This document shows positions 11,815 to 25,599 of a stretch of 64,000 bases of DNA, piece after piece. Every line of letters begins with the position of its first letter. Positions within the stretch are counted from its first letter, which is position 1. The notes below the pieces were generated by a model that saw nothing but the letters and a program-made list of their open reading frames with translations, did not search any database and was not told the DNA's origin. The stretch is from Octopus sinensis (Eukaryota), in contig NC_043002.1 of NCBI RefSeq assembly GCF_006345805.1, forward strand, positions 4,650,001 to 4,714,000, given 5' to 3'. The translations under genes were made by a program, and so were the position numbers.

Positions 11815-14800
11815 GTTTCTTTATTAGCCACACAGGGCTGCACACAGACAGAACAAATTACAAGGTAGAGCTTTTCTTTTGGGGGTAAAAAAAAAGGGGG
11901 TTGGTTTTCGATCAAAAGGGATCGTAAAAGGAAAGAAAGAGGACAAAAAAAGGGGAGGATTTTAAAAAAAGGGGGGGAGAGGAAAAAAAGTTGATCAATA
12001 GGGATCGTGATCACAGAAATGTCAATATGAAGTGTAAAGGGGAGGACAGGTGAGGTTTACCCGTGGAAAGAAAAGCCTACGGAAAAGACCACGGTAACCT
12101 CGGTTAATGAAGTCACATGTTATATTTGTTTCTTTTTTTTTATTGGCAAATAAGCAACTCTCTGTATTAATTTTTACGGTTCATAGAATCATAGTCAAGG
12201 TGGCTTTGTCATTCATACGTGCCATCCTTGCTACATTCACCCATCTTTTTTTAAAACATTCACTAGACAAAACTTGCCTCTCTACTCTCACTTTCCTCCT
12301 CAAGTGATACTTGAAAAAGTTGATGAGAGATTGACCAGAGAGGAAAGTGTTTGTCTCTAATCCTTTCAGGCGCGACCACCAGATACATTCTTTCGCCATA
12401 GCCACAAGTATGATGAAAATAGCTCTTCCTTTCCGTTTGAAGGAAGGAGGCGTGACGATATTAATGATAGACTCGGCTGATAAACCGACACGTTCCACAC
12501 ATGACAGCAGTTGTTCGACATAAGCCCACAGGTGGGAAATTGCTGGACACTGCACGAGTGCGTGCAGAGCGGTATCGTCGCTCTGACCGCATCTCGGGCA
12601 GGTCGGCCCCGTGTTTCTCGAGCCATGCCTATAGAGCTTATCCCGAACGGGTAGCGCTTCTCGGTAGCACCGCCAGGGCAGGGATCTCTGGAAGTTGTCC
12701 ATAGGTCCCGGGCCGAAAGTCGTTTGAAACAGGCAGGTCAGGTATTCCTCGTCGACGCCCAGGTTTGCCCCGAGATCGTGTCGTCGTACCTCCCCTCCAC
12801 TTATCCCCTATAGAATGCTTTGGTTGTGTTGAAGTCACTCAAGGTCGACCGGGACGCAGAGTTGTTGAGAGCAACGCGGACACTCGCGGTGCCATTCGAC
12901 CTTCCTCGGCCTCTTTTTGATCCAGGACTGCAGTTCGGTCATGGAGATGAGTTGCGGGAAAGCGTGCCTCAGAAACGGCGACCAGACCTGTTCACCGTCG
13001 TCTACATAGAGCCGGAGATGTCGCAGTCTCAGCGCGCGTCTGCGCATCATCAACCACGGCGTGTTGACAGCAAATGGATCGCCTGACCATCGGGACGCAT
13101 CCTTTCCACGAGAAGCGGAAGAGAATGCGTTCTAGTTTGGTGATGGTAGGGTCGGGACAAGGTACGACAGTCAGGCGGTAGTAGATGATGGACGCGATGT
13201 ACATGTTCGCCACCTCCGCCCGACCTTTTAGGGATAGTTTCCTCTCGGCCCATTGCTGGGCGCGAGTGACGACCCTACTCGTTATCTCGTTCCAGTTCTT
13301 CTCCATTTGGAGGTCCGGACCGAACCAGACCCCGAGCAACTCGACCCAACCGTCGGTCCAGCGTCCCACTGGACGGCATGGGCTTGTTTCTCCAGGTGCC
13401 GAGGCGCAAGCCCACTGATTTTTCCCGGTTGATTTTCGCTCCTGTCACCGCTTCGTAGTCTTTCAGTGTCTCGCCGACCTGCTCGATGTGCTCGTGACCA
13501 GACACTATGACGGTGACGTCGTTCGCGTATGTAGACACGCTCTTCCCGCATCCCAATTCTCGCGGGATGCCCCTAAGAGTTGTCAGCTTCCGCAATAATG
13601 GCTCGAGAGTCAATACGTATAGAAGCGACGAGAGGGGGCATCCCTGACGGACCGAACGTGCAATGTCGAAAGGTTTCGATAGATGTTCATTTACGCGAAT
13701 TACCGAACGGATGCCTCTTTACAAAGCGGCTATCCAGCCGCGGAAGACGGGACCGAAACCAGCCTCCAAGTATCGATGATCTACCCTATCGAAAGCTTTC
13801 GATTGATCCAAATTGATCAGCGCCCCACCCATGCCAGGTTCCTTAGCTACCCTGTCTATGATGTAGCGCATCAGGTGGAGGTTGTCATGGATGCTCCGGC
13901 CCGCCACGGCGCACGTTTGCGCCTTGTCTACCAGTTTCTCGATGACAAACGTCAACCTCTTGGCTAACACCTTGGCCAACATTTTCAAGTCTGCATTAAG
14001 CAGAGTGATGGGTCTAAAGTTATCTATTACATCCCCTTGTTTGGATCTTTCCTCAGCTGTGTTACGGCTCCTCGGCTCACAAAACCAGGAATGCTCCCAT
14101 TTTGCTGCCAGTTGCAGTACACCGCCGCCAAGAGATCTCCAAACAAGTCTGGCATACAAAGTAAAGCTCGTAGGGTAGACCATCTAAATCCGGCGATTTG
14201 TCCCTCGAGCATTCTGCCATCGCGTCTTGCACTTCCGCAGCTATGATGGCATTTTAGCAGCTCCTGTCTCTCTTGTCGAGAGTCGTGGTAGGCTGTATAG
14301 GTAGGCACTGAAGTCCACCCTACGTTCTTGCCCGCCACTTGTCTCGAACAGTCGAGCAAAGTGCTGTTGAAAGGCCTCACACATTTTACTTTGCTCGAGC
14401 AATTCGCGCCCCTGTTCATCTACCGGAGACCGAATGGTGGTTTTGTTGCCCTGTTGCGCCTCTGCCACCCGGGCCTCTCTCGCGGCTCCAACACCTTCGT
14501 TCCTTAGAGCACGCATCCTAGCTCTGACAACACACTCTTCGTATTTGGCGTTGAAGTGTTGGTCGAGGGCCAACTTCGTCGCCAAAACGTCGGATGCGAT
14601 GCCGCTTCTAATTGCCTCTTCTAGCTTCTTAACTAGCTCACCTTCTACTCTGTTTCTATCTATGGCTAGTGCTTTGTTGTACCTAATCGCTTCTGCTTTT
14701 ACTGCTCTCTTGAGGGAGAACCATCATTTGTTGTTGATGATGGCTCCCGTCAAAGCCCTCTTTACTAGTGTGTTAATCCGGTCTCTGAAAACCTGTCTCG

Positions 14801-15628
14801 ATGGGAAAGACGCGTTTAGTTTCCAGTATCCGGGACCCTGCCTATGTGTCTTACCTAAGTCTAGCATACTTGTCACAAGTTTGTGATCCGTGATGCTGAC
14901 TATTTGGAATTGTGGACATCCTACGCTATCTCTATCTACTGTCATACACAGTATCCTATCTAGATACGATCTCGACGACCCGATTCGGTTGCTCCATGTC
15001 CACGTTGGCGCATTCAGGTGGTCTAGTCGGAACCTGTCAGACAGTTGAAAGCGTCTGAGCAGGTCTCTGAGGCATTTGCATCCCCGTCTATTCCTATCTC
15101 TGCCCACGTGTCCAAAGTAGCATTCCAATCCCCCACTAAGAGTAAAGGACGAGACGTTCCCAAGAATACTTCTAGACGTTGAAAGAAATCCGCCCGACCT
15201 GTTAAAGGCGGTGCGTAGACTGCTAGGAATCGAAAAGTGCACCCATTGCTGCCGTCGAAACCCAGGACGACCAGTCTACCCTCCGGGTCTACGAATATTG
15301 TCTTTACTTTGAGATCCAGAGTCTTGCGAAAAAGTACCGCGGTGCCACTACCGCCCATTCTTGGCAGACAGGGTGAAAAATAAATGTTGAACTGTCCGTC
15401 AAACATGGTCTTTAGGGCCCGCGGATTGTGGAGTCTGGTCTCACTTATGGGTATGATTTCTAACTTGTGTGACTTTATGTCATTTAAAGGTAACCTTGTT
15501 TCCAAGGGGACCCCAAGCCACGCGCATTTACACAACCAATCTTGATCATAATCCTAATGAATTAGAATACAAGTGAAAGGAACAGAGGGTTACTTACTGC
15601 TTGAAAGTTTTTGCTTTCTCACAGAGTG
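11815..15628 (-). mobile_element. L1/Tx1-clade non-LTR retrotransposon, ~3.8 kb (whole ORF2, 3' UTR, likely last codons of ORF1)
   Basis: APE, RT and zf-RVT domains in order; flanked on both sides by (GATA)n at 11747-11811 and ~15650-15727. Confidence 0.93.
12181..15549 (-). pseudogene. Frameshifted ORF2 (APE endonuclease - reverse transcriptase - zf-RVT)
   Basis: MIKIGCVNARGL..ISETRL, VYAP, GDWN, SYLDRI, ITDH, GPGYWKLN, FRPITLLNADLK, LDQSKAFDRVDH, VRQGCPLS, YAND (YADD mutated), CPRC..H..C. Many frameshifts. Confidence 0.92.
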
Positions 15629-15662
15629 ACATACATACATACAGACAGACAGATAGATAGAC

Positions 15663-15728
<66 letters not shown>

Positions 15729-16324
15729 ACAAGCTGAGATATAATGCGAATTTTAATATATTTAGCAATACCATTATATGTACGAAGTACAAATACTTTC
15801 GAAAAACTAATAACCGAATACAGAAAGAAAGAAATTTATTTATTTATTCTGAAAGCTATTTCAATTTCTTGAAAATTTTCTAAAAATTTTCTAAAATGTC
15901 GGCTGTTTATTCAAAACTGTGGCTATAAATATATAATAGAGTGAGCAGAATTACTATGCTAAGTTAATTTAGACTGCTATTACCTCCCCTGCTAAAATAA
16001 ACATTCCGGGCTGTTCGCATAAAAGATTCGATTAATTCGTTTCAGAGTTATGACACACACCAACAAAATATAAACGCACACTGATACACTTACAAACACA
16101 CACACATATACACACGAGTATGTGTGTGTATATGTGCGCTGCTCACGTGTAGTGTGTGTGTGTGTACATACAGACATACATGCATACCTATACACAAACA
16201 CATAAATGTATATTATGTATACGTATTTACAAACATGTGTATATATATGATATAATATACATTTATAAATATACATATATGTATATATATGTGTGTGTGT
16301 GTGTGTGAATGTAAGTATGTGTGT

Positions 16325-16381
<57 letters not shown>

Positions 16382-16729
16382 CATAAAAATTTGTTCACGT
16401 CAAAATACTAATATACGTATACATGCACACACAGGCTTGCGTATAATGCGCGTAAAAATTCAAGCAACTAAATATACGCGCATATGTTCAAATATATACG
16501 CAAATGTACACGCGCGTGCAAATACACTTAGACATATACATGCATTATAGTGACTTGCATTGTATGGATAATGCGTGTATGTACACACATCATTCCATGA
16601 GGTTGTATCTACACTCACAATTACGCATATAAGTGGATGTATGTGTGTGAGTGGTGTAAGTATCTATACACCTGTTTACATAAATATAGCTGCATAAAGA
16701 TGTGTGCGTCTCTGTATGTGTACGTGTAT

Positions 16730-16813
<84 letters not shown>

Positions 16814-16908
16814 AAAAACCCTGTACTCTCAGTTTTATTGCCGTTGTCGGACAGTTTTTGCTAGTAATGGTTTTGTTGAATTATATATATTATATATATA
16901 TATATATA

Positions 16909-17146
16909 CCGGAGTAGTAAGCACATAAATGTGAAACAAGGTGGAAAGAAGAGTACTCAAATACCAGGGGTAGAGTAGAGTAATATGCTTTATTTAAAAG
17001 CAGCAGAAATATAACAAAAGCTGTTACTCGGAGTTTCACGTTTCCGTTCGGGCGAAAAGCCCAGAATGTTTATTGTCCGACGAACGAACGAGACGTGAAA
17101 CTCCGAGTAACAGCTTTTGTTATATTTCTGCTGCTTTTAATAAATG
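16909..17146. mobile_element. Hairpin (inverted pLTR-type) Penelope-like footprint inside (TA)n
   Basis: Inverted arms ~16990-17050 and ~17085-17143 plus an ~80 nt unpaired extension; contains a hammerhead motif. Confidence 0.65.
17073..17113 (+). ncRNA. Minimal type I hammerhead ribozyme motif (U4C variant)
   Basis: TTGT-CCGACGA-ACG(aacgaga)CGT-GAAA-CTCCGAG-TA-ACAG: stem I, core, stem II, GAAA, near-palindromic stem III and UH cleavage site. Confidence 0.7.
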
Positions 17147-17232
17147 TGTATATATATATATATATATTTATGTTTATATATGAATGAGGTCTATCTGAGC
17201 GTGTGTATGTATGTACATATATGTATGTGTGA

Positions 17233-17271
<39 letters not shown>

Positions 17272-17717
17272 TACATACACTTCTGACAGATTGTGTTTTT
17301 AAAAATGGCGGTGCCCCAGCATGGCCACAGCTCATGAGCTGAAACTAGATAAAATAAAATAAAATAAAATATACACACACACACGCACACATGCATATAT
17401 GTACATACATACACACGCACAGACACACATCATTCATATATAAACACGTCCACATATCAGTTGATACATTTAATAAAACACACAGGTGTACGCACTAAAC
17501 CACTGCACCTACGCATAGAAGTATATAGACATGCATACACACACACATTTTTCTTATACATATGCAAACTGGTGCAGATAGATAGATATGCAACCATATA
17601 CGCAAATGTGTATCCAACAAAATGTATCTACTATGTGTATATGTGAGGGTGGTCGTACATGTGTCTGCGTCCATGTGCACGGGTATGTATAAATATGTGT
17701 GCACGTATGCGGTTATA

Positions 17718-17792
<75 letters not shown>

Positions 17793-17929
17793 GTATACGT
17801 ACATATATATATATATGTATCCTTACATATATACATTTCTCGATATATATGTATGTATATATAACGTATACAAGCATACGTACATATACAAATATATATA
17901 TATATGTATATATATATTATAATACATGA

Positions 17930-17963
<34 letters not shown>

Positions 17964-18543
17964 TATATATTAATATATTATATGTGGATATGTATGTATG
18001 TATATACATATTATATGTTATATGTATGTATGTATATATGTATAATATATATATATATATATGCTTATATGTATGTATCTATGTATATATATATTACATA
18101 TATGTATCTATATTGTATAGTATGTATTGTGTTGTAATATATAATATATACGATGTATTATGATGTATGTATGTATGTATGTATTATGTATGTATGTATG
18201 TATGTAGATTTATGTATATATATGTGTGTGTGTGCACATAAAACATTTTGTTAATATATTTACTTGAACGAATCTAAATGACAAAACTATTTGACGAGAA
18301 TATTCAACGTAAGTAGAACTGATGAAAAAGAAAAGGTTCGTGCGTATCTATGTGCGCTTGCACCTATGCACGCATATATACACACATGTGCGCACGTGTG
18401 TGTGTATGTGTGTGTTTGTGTGTGTGCTTGTGTGTGTGAGTATGTCTATGCATATACGTGTATATATGCATTCACATGCATTGATGAAAAAATGTATTTA
18501 TTATTTGAACGTGTATATATATATTTGTGCGTGTGTTTTATAT

Positions 18544-18574
<31 letters not shown>

Positions 18575-19058
18575 TTATGCTCATAAGACTTCGCTTTTGT
18601 GTATATGTACATCTGCATGTGTGTGAGTGTGCATGTGTGTGTGTTGTTGAAAGAGAGAGAGAGAGGGAGAGACATAGAGAGAAAGGGAGAATATTTGTAC
18701 ATATAGATGTATAGGTATTTTAGACATACATACACACATACATGCATAGAAACAAACACGAGCAATTACCAGATTTAACATGGTTAAGACTAACGTTTAA
18801 AAAGCCAACACACTCGTAGAGTACCCGTGATGTAAAGTATGAATGTTGTCTGGAGTTAAACGTTATGCAATTTTAAATACGGCGATAATGATGTAATAAG
18901 TTACGATATTTTCCTATACTCCATTGCTTCTGCAACAATACTCCTTGATCATAACTTTATTGAGTATAGATGCTCAGAGGATCTCCTAAAACTGGAGCAC
19001 TTTGGAACGTTGTAAGAATTTTAATAAGTCTTGCCTTAGTATACAAACGTTCGTATGC

Positions 19059-19097
<39 letters not shown>

Positions 19098-19636
19098 GCA
19101 CACACAAACACTCATTTCTATGCATTCATATTTACGTTGACATCATAAGAAATTTATGCACTTCCGAAAAACGTGAAATAATTATCCTTTCGAGCAGTGG
19201 ATCTCGAAGCACATAAAGCTGTAGATAATAGCATGTAAATACAGAGTTAGTTTTTAACTTTTTTTTCCATCCTAAAGTTTTTCAACCCAATATCCAAGAT
19301 TTATATCTATACATTTATGTATATATACAGGCATACATACATACATATAAACGTAGATAGGTCGAATATGTGTGTGTGTGTGTGTATACGTGTGTGTGCG
19401 TTTGTGTGCGTGCGCATAAATAACTATCTCTCTCACACATATATTTTATATATGTATATATATATATGTATATATGTACGTATATACATACATATATATA
19501 CATAATATATATTTATATACATATATTATATTACAGTATATATATATATATACATAGTATACATCTATATATACATATATATAGATATATATATATATTA
19601 TATATAATATATTATATATACATATATACATTATAT

Positions 19637-19697
<61 letters not shown>

Positions 19698-20659
19698 TAT
19701 ATGTATTATACATACATACATACATACTACATACACGTACATATATACTACATGAGAGGTTGCATAGCTAGAGTGAGGGAAAAGGAGATTTCGTTTATAA
19801 ACTTAAACCTTATTTGCAAAAAGTATAAAGATCTTAATTTAAAGATTTAAATTGAATTATCAGCGTGTATATTTATGTGTATGACTGCACAATGTTCATA
19901 CGTTGGTATGTGTAGCTATGTTTATATGTATGGGTATGATGTATTATGTACGTATGTCTGTATATATGTTTTCATGAATTGTGTGGATTTATATACTGCT
20001 TTGTGCGCACGCGCATCTGTGTGGTGTGTGTGTGTGTGTGTGTGTATGTGTGTGTGTGTGTGTGTATGTGTCAATGTGTGTCTACGTGTTTCTATGAGCA
20101 AGCGTATACGTGTTTTACAAATCTGAATAAATGTAATATTTCCAAATGTATTTAAAGTGAAATGCCATGGTTGATATTTCAGACGAGGGAGATATAAGAA
20201 AATGCATTTATTTATTAGATTTCCGAAAACTAAATATAACATTGTTTCATTATTGTTGATGTTATTGTCAGTGTATTGTAGTTCTATAGGTGTGTTTTTC
20301 GTTTTTTCATTGTGGTTCATTTTGTGGTTTTACTTAGATGAACCTTTTTGTCGTTCTTTTGCATTTTTGAAGTGTTGAAGCCTATACTTAAGACAGGAAA
20401 TATAACCATATTATGCTGTTTGACTCAATTTGTGTTCCAATGTTACGCTTTCAAAGGGAGATAACCCACTTTCAATCCCGATGTTTTAATTGTCGTCTTT
20501 TGCAGTGTGACGAACAGGTAGTAAAACAGCAAGACTGGATGAAAAGAAGGAGGAGAGATGGTGGAGAAGAAAGAAGACAGGAAAACGACAAAGAATTATT
20601 GTTTGATAAATATTACATACTGCTACTTATTCCATAATTATTCCAATTTCCTAATAATT

Positions 20660-20935
20660 TCGGCAAAAGCACATTCCCTGTTTAAGTAGGACTACATACA
20701 AATGGCTGCCCTTCACTTCAAATCTCTAAGACCCCCAATGGCTGCTGACTCTCGACAGGACTTGAATAAGGCCCATCAATGAGTATTGCTCACATATCTG
20801 GAATGTTGTTAATGCTACAATCATTAACACCTTGGACTGTATCTTGAGGAAGCCAACCGACTGATTGTAATTTGATCCCTAACAAACTTATTCCAGGCTT
20901 TCGATCGTAGCTGTGCCGTTTCCTTTTTCTGTGTG
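20660..20935 (+). mobile_element. CR1/Jockey-group LINE RT C-terminal fragment
   Basis: IRPINEYCSHIWNVVNATIINTLDCILRK matches the IRP.LEY.S.IW...LD.IQR motif. Confidence 0.7.
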
Positions 20936-21590
20936 GCAGTGTACGGTGTTTTACTTCAAGATGGGATGTCGTAAGGTTGTAACAATATACGCTATGTCTC
21001 ACCTGGCCTGCATTTGACTTAGGTATGATAGCAGGGAAGTGATTCGTGAAAATAGTAAAAAGAAATATTTACTGCAGGGCTGGAGTGTTTGGTGATCGGT
21101 TTCAAGTCGTGACTATATTGTAAGGGCTTAGTTGATCAACTGAACAAAGAATAAAGTGGCCACTCGCAGCAGCGGGCAGACATCGATAATGCGTACCATA
21201 GTTATGCAATTAACAGCTTCTTCAGTGACAACATCAAAGGACTATTTTAGAAAGAAAATAACCACTCGAAACTATGAACAACAACTCACGAATTAGGCAC
21301 AGCAGCAAGTTACCAGCTTATGGCAAAGAAAAACGTTGACTAGTTTCAATAGAAGTTTCCTCTCTTATTGTTATTTCGACCCTTATCAACGGAAAAAAAT
21401 CCGATGGCCGGATAACTGAAGAGATGGCGGCGTGGATTTCCACCTCGGCATCCGAAATTCGGAGTTTTATCATGGCTACCGAATAGTTGTCACATATTAC
21501 AACTACAGATAAATTCCTCTATTTACATAATATCGAGGTCTCTTTCTTTTTTTGGTTTGTCTTACCGTTTTTATCATATATAATACATAC

Positions 21591-21634
<44 letters not shown>

Positions 21635-21660
21635 TATATCAGCCATGGCATATATATACA

Positions 21661-21747
<87 letters not shown>

Positions 21748-21752
<5 letters not shown>

Positions 21753-21822
21753 TTTTTTATTTTAAAGTTTCAGCTCAGAGCTGCGGCCATGCTGATGCAC
21801 CGCCGTTTAATATATGTATATG

Positions 21823-21901
<79 letters not shown>

Positions 21902-22148
21902 ATCTTATTATAAAGGCAAATTTTATCTGCCTCCCAAGCCGTTTGTTTATTATACACCAAGAAAAGCAACAAGAATGGATTAGTAGTTGTACTAAACTAC
22001 TAATCCATTCTTGTTGCTTTTTCTTGGTTATAATCCCCTCATTATTTTATGGTTAATACCATAAACAATCTGGTGCATCTAAGTTAAGTACCGCATTCAT
22101 GTGAATTCATTGGAATTCACTTGAATCTTAATTGTTTTTTGCTGAAAG

Positions 22149-22183
<35 letters not shown>

Positions 22184-22472
22184 ATATATATATATATATA
22201 TATAATATATATATACTTTCAGCAAAAACAATTAAGATTCAAGTGAATCCAATGAATTCACATGAATGCGGTACTTAACTTAGATGCACCAGATTGTATG
22301 GTATTAACCATAAAATAATGAGGGGTGATTATAACCAAGAAAAAAGCAACAAGAATGGATAGTAGTTTAGTACAAACTACTAATCCATTCTTGTTGCTTT
22401 TTTCTGGTGTATAATAAACAAACGGCTTGGGAGGCAGATAAAATTTGCCTTTTATAATAAGATATATATCAT

Positions 22473-22528
<56 letters not shown>

Positions 22529-22582
22529 TATAAACGGCGGTGATCAGCATGGCCGCACTCTGAGCTGAACTTTAAAATAAAA

Positions 22583-22587
<5 letters not shown>
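21748..22587. repeat. ~400 bp-arm inverted repeat centred on (TA)n; possible fold-back artefact
   Basis: 21748-22149 is the reverse complement of 22215-22587, differing mainly by 1-nt indels. Confidence 0.9.
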
Positions 22588-22630
<43 letters not shown>

Positions 22631-23347
22631 ATAATATACATACATATATATTATATATGTATGGAGAGAGGAGAGAGAGAGAGAAAGAGATGGAGAGAGA
22701 TGACAAGAAAAGAGAAAGAAAGATAAAAAGACTGATAACCGACTGTTCTTTACATAGCAAAGTTAGTAAGAGACAATTACAAATAGCTGTGTCAGCGAAG
22801 CCTTCGTATGGTTGTCCTTATTAAAACAGACAGCGTGCAACAATGCAAATGCTTTCCGTTATAGCGGAAACTAAATGGATTACACCATTTGCTTGTATGC
22901 AATCTCTGGTGGAGGAGAGTTTGTCGTATCAGAAAAAAAAAGAAAAGAAAAAACGGCTTGTCCATCCACCCTCTTTCAGTCAAAGAATAGTTAACGTTGA
23001 CTCTTACCGATTTACTAGTAAGAAAAAGTGGTTTAGTAGTATATTTATTTATTTGTTTCTTTAATCTTTCTTTCATTTCAATGAGACATCAGTTGACAAT
23101 GTATTTTATTTGTCTTTAACAGAGATCATTACCTCTTTGAAATAATGGTGGGGGCAGCAGTGGCGGTGGTGGTGATGGTGGTGGTGGTGGTGGTGATGTG
23201 GTGATGGTGGTGGTGGCGGGGTGTGCTGGTGCTGGTGGCTGGTTGGCGGTGGCGGTGGTGGTGGTGGTGGTGGTGGTGGTGGTGGTGGTGGTGCCGGTGG
23301 TGGTGGTGGTGGTGGTGGTGGTGGTGGCGGTATATAATGATCCACAA

Positions 23348-23577
23348 GGCGAGCTGGCAGAAACGTTAGCACGCCGGGCGATATGCGTAGCCGTATTTCG
23401 TCTGCCGTTACGTTCTGAGTTCAAATTCCGGCGAGGTCGACTTCGCCTTTCATCCTTTCGGGGTCGATTAAATAAGTACCAGTTACGAACTGGGGTCGAT
23501 ATAATCGACTTAATCTGTTTGTCTGTCCTTGTTTGTCCTCTCTGTGTTTAGCTCCTTGTGGGTAGTAAAGAAATAGG
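23348..23577 (+). mobile_element. Young SINE, family C (Meta/MESC-like core, Tx1-like tail)
   Basis: Box A/B head; 16-bp TSD tataatgatccacaag at 23333-23348 and 23578-23593. Confidence 0.9.
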
Positions 23578-24200
23578 TATAATGATCCACAAGCTACAAT
23601 AGTAAATGGTTCTGCCGTCGGTTCCCACTCTTAGTATTCCATTTTTTGGATCAACTTAACTTCTAGCTCCTTGACGAGGCCAGTAAGAGATCCTCTTTAG
23701 AGTCACTCCACCTACATTACATGTACATCAATTTTCCAGAGCCCTTGATTCCAAAGCATTTTCGGATTCCTGTTTTTTTTTCTAACCGAGAAAGATCACC
23801 TCTAAATTAAGCAAAGATTAAATTTACTTAATTAAATGAAATACAAGTACTTGTACATTAATATATATCATACGAATTTATTAATACTGTACTGTGCAAA
23901 AATGCTGTGAAGCAAGGGCCGCACAATAAACTAGTCTTTCGACCGCGAGAGTTTGAAGTTACTGTTTGTAAATTAGTGCGAGCTTATAAGAGCTTCCGGC
24001 TGATCAGTGTCTGGAAAGTCGAAGTCGTACTTTTATATGTGAGATTGCTAGAAAGGATCACTGAGGTTTTTAACTTCCTGTCTAGCATTATTTTCTTGGT
24101 GCGAGCAACGTGCAAATAAAGGATTTTTGCTTTCAAGATTTAGCTGAAATCTATTTCAAGAAGGCGTGCTAAAAATGCTGATATCAAATATAAACATAAA

Positions 24201-24577
24201 GGCGGCGAGCTGGCAGAATCGTTAACACGCCTGGCAAAATGCTTAGCAGCATTTCGTCTCTTTACATTCTGAGTTCAAATCCCGCCGAGGGTGGCTTTGC
24301 CTCTCATCCTTTTGGGGTCAATAAAATAAGTACCAGTTGATCATTGGGGTCGATGTAATCATCTATACCCCGCCCCAGAACTTTCTGGCTTTTTGCCAAA
24401 ATGTGAAATCAATATTAGACATAAATATGAGACGGCGAGCTAGCAGAATCGTTACCAAGCCGGGTAACATGTTTAGCAGTATTTCCTCTCGGAGTCAATA
24501 AAGTAACACTGGGGTCGATGTAATCGACTTACCCCTCCCCACGAAATTGTTGGTCTTCTGTCAAAATTTGAAACCAG
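24201..24577 (+). mobile_element. Two older family C SINE copies with the alternative tail (..aaatttgaaacc)
   Basis: Heads ggcggcgagctggcagaatcg at 24201 and ~24432; the tail differs from that of 23348. Confidence 0.8.
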
Positions 24578-24589
24578 TTTTAGATTTGA

Positions 24590-24860
24590 ACATCAACAAA
24601 CTTAGATGTATACAGCTGATACTGTCTTGGTAACAGAGATCATCTACAGAGCTTTGTTATCTACGTAAATGACAAACGAATGTACTGTCGAATGAAATCA
24701 AATTGTAAAGAAAGCAAAATCAATGATAACCACAAAGAAATAACAGTGAGCAAAACAAATATTGAAATTGTGAGAAAGCCAATTGAACAGAGAGCAAAGA
24801 TAGACTATCAGGGTTATGTGCAATCAGAAAGCAAGCAAGCAACATTCATGCAGTACTTGT
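24590..24860 (+). mobile_element. Very decayed RTE-type RT fragment
   Basis: NINKLR..ADTVLV..LQSFV resembles NINNLRYADDTVL..LQ. Confidence 0.4.
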
Positions 24861-24864
24861 GCTA

Positions 24865-25165
24865 AACCTTCATTGTTAGCGCCTGGACACCGTCGTCGTG
24901 AAGAGTTCTGACGTTCCAGCACGCTACCTTCAGTTCTGTCCTACGTTTAAAGAGCGGGATTTCTCCAGGAGTAGTTTGAAGAGTCATAGCAGTTTGTGGG
25001 TTGTTGATTGGTTGCATAGGTAGATAATTCGTATTCGTATTTATTGCCATGGATTTATAGAAGGACCGTCAAGCGTGGGCTGCCCATGGTTCGTGATGCC
25101 GTTAGGACCAGAGAAGAAGCCGGCTCAACCCGCCCTGGATGAACACCGCCACACACACACACACA
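24865..25165. mobile_element. RTE LINE: inverted ORF 5' piece fused to sense 3' end
   Basis: Minus strand 25050-24865 reads ..LKVACWNVRTL (APE start). Plus strand 25062-25142 reads [26 protein letters not shown], followed by an (AC)n tail. Confidence 0.75.
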
Positions 25166-25239
25166 CGGTAATCAGCCATGCCACGTCGCCACCACATACA
25201 CATGTAGACAAACAGATAGACAAATAAATAAATAAATAA

Positions 25240-25278
<39 letters not shown>

Positions 25279-25287
25279 TAGATAGAT

Positions 25288-25373
<86 letters not shown>

Positions 25374-25599
25374 GGATAGATAGATAGATAGATAGATTGA
25401 TTGATTGATTGATAGACGGGTAGATAGATAGATAGACTGATATACATATATATATAGAGAGAGAGAAAGAGGGGGAGACAGAGAGCGAGAGAGAGAGAGA
25501 AAGATGTGTGTGTATGTGTTAATACAAGAGTGTTTGCGTATGCGTAGGTAGATCTATACTGGTATGCGTGAGTGTATGCTAATGAAGAGAAAGAAAAAT

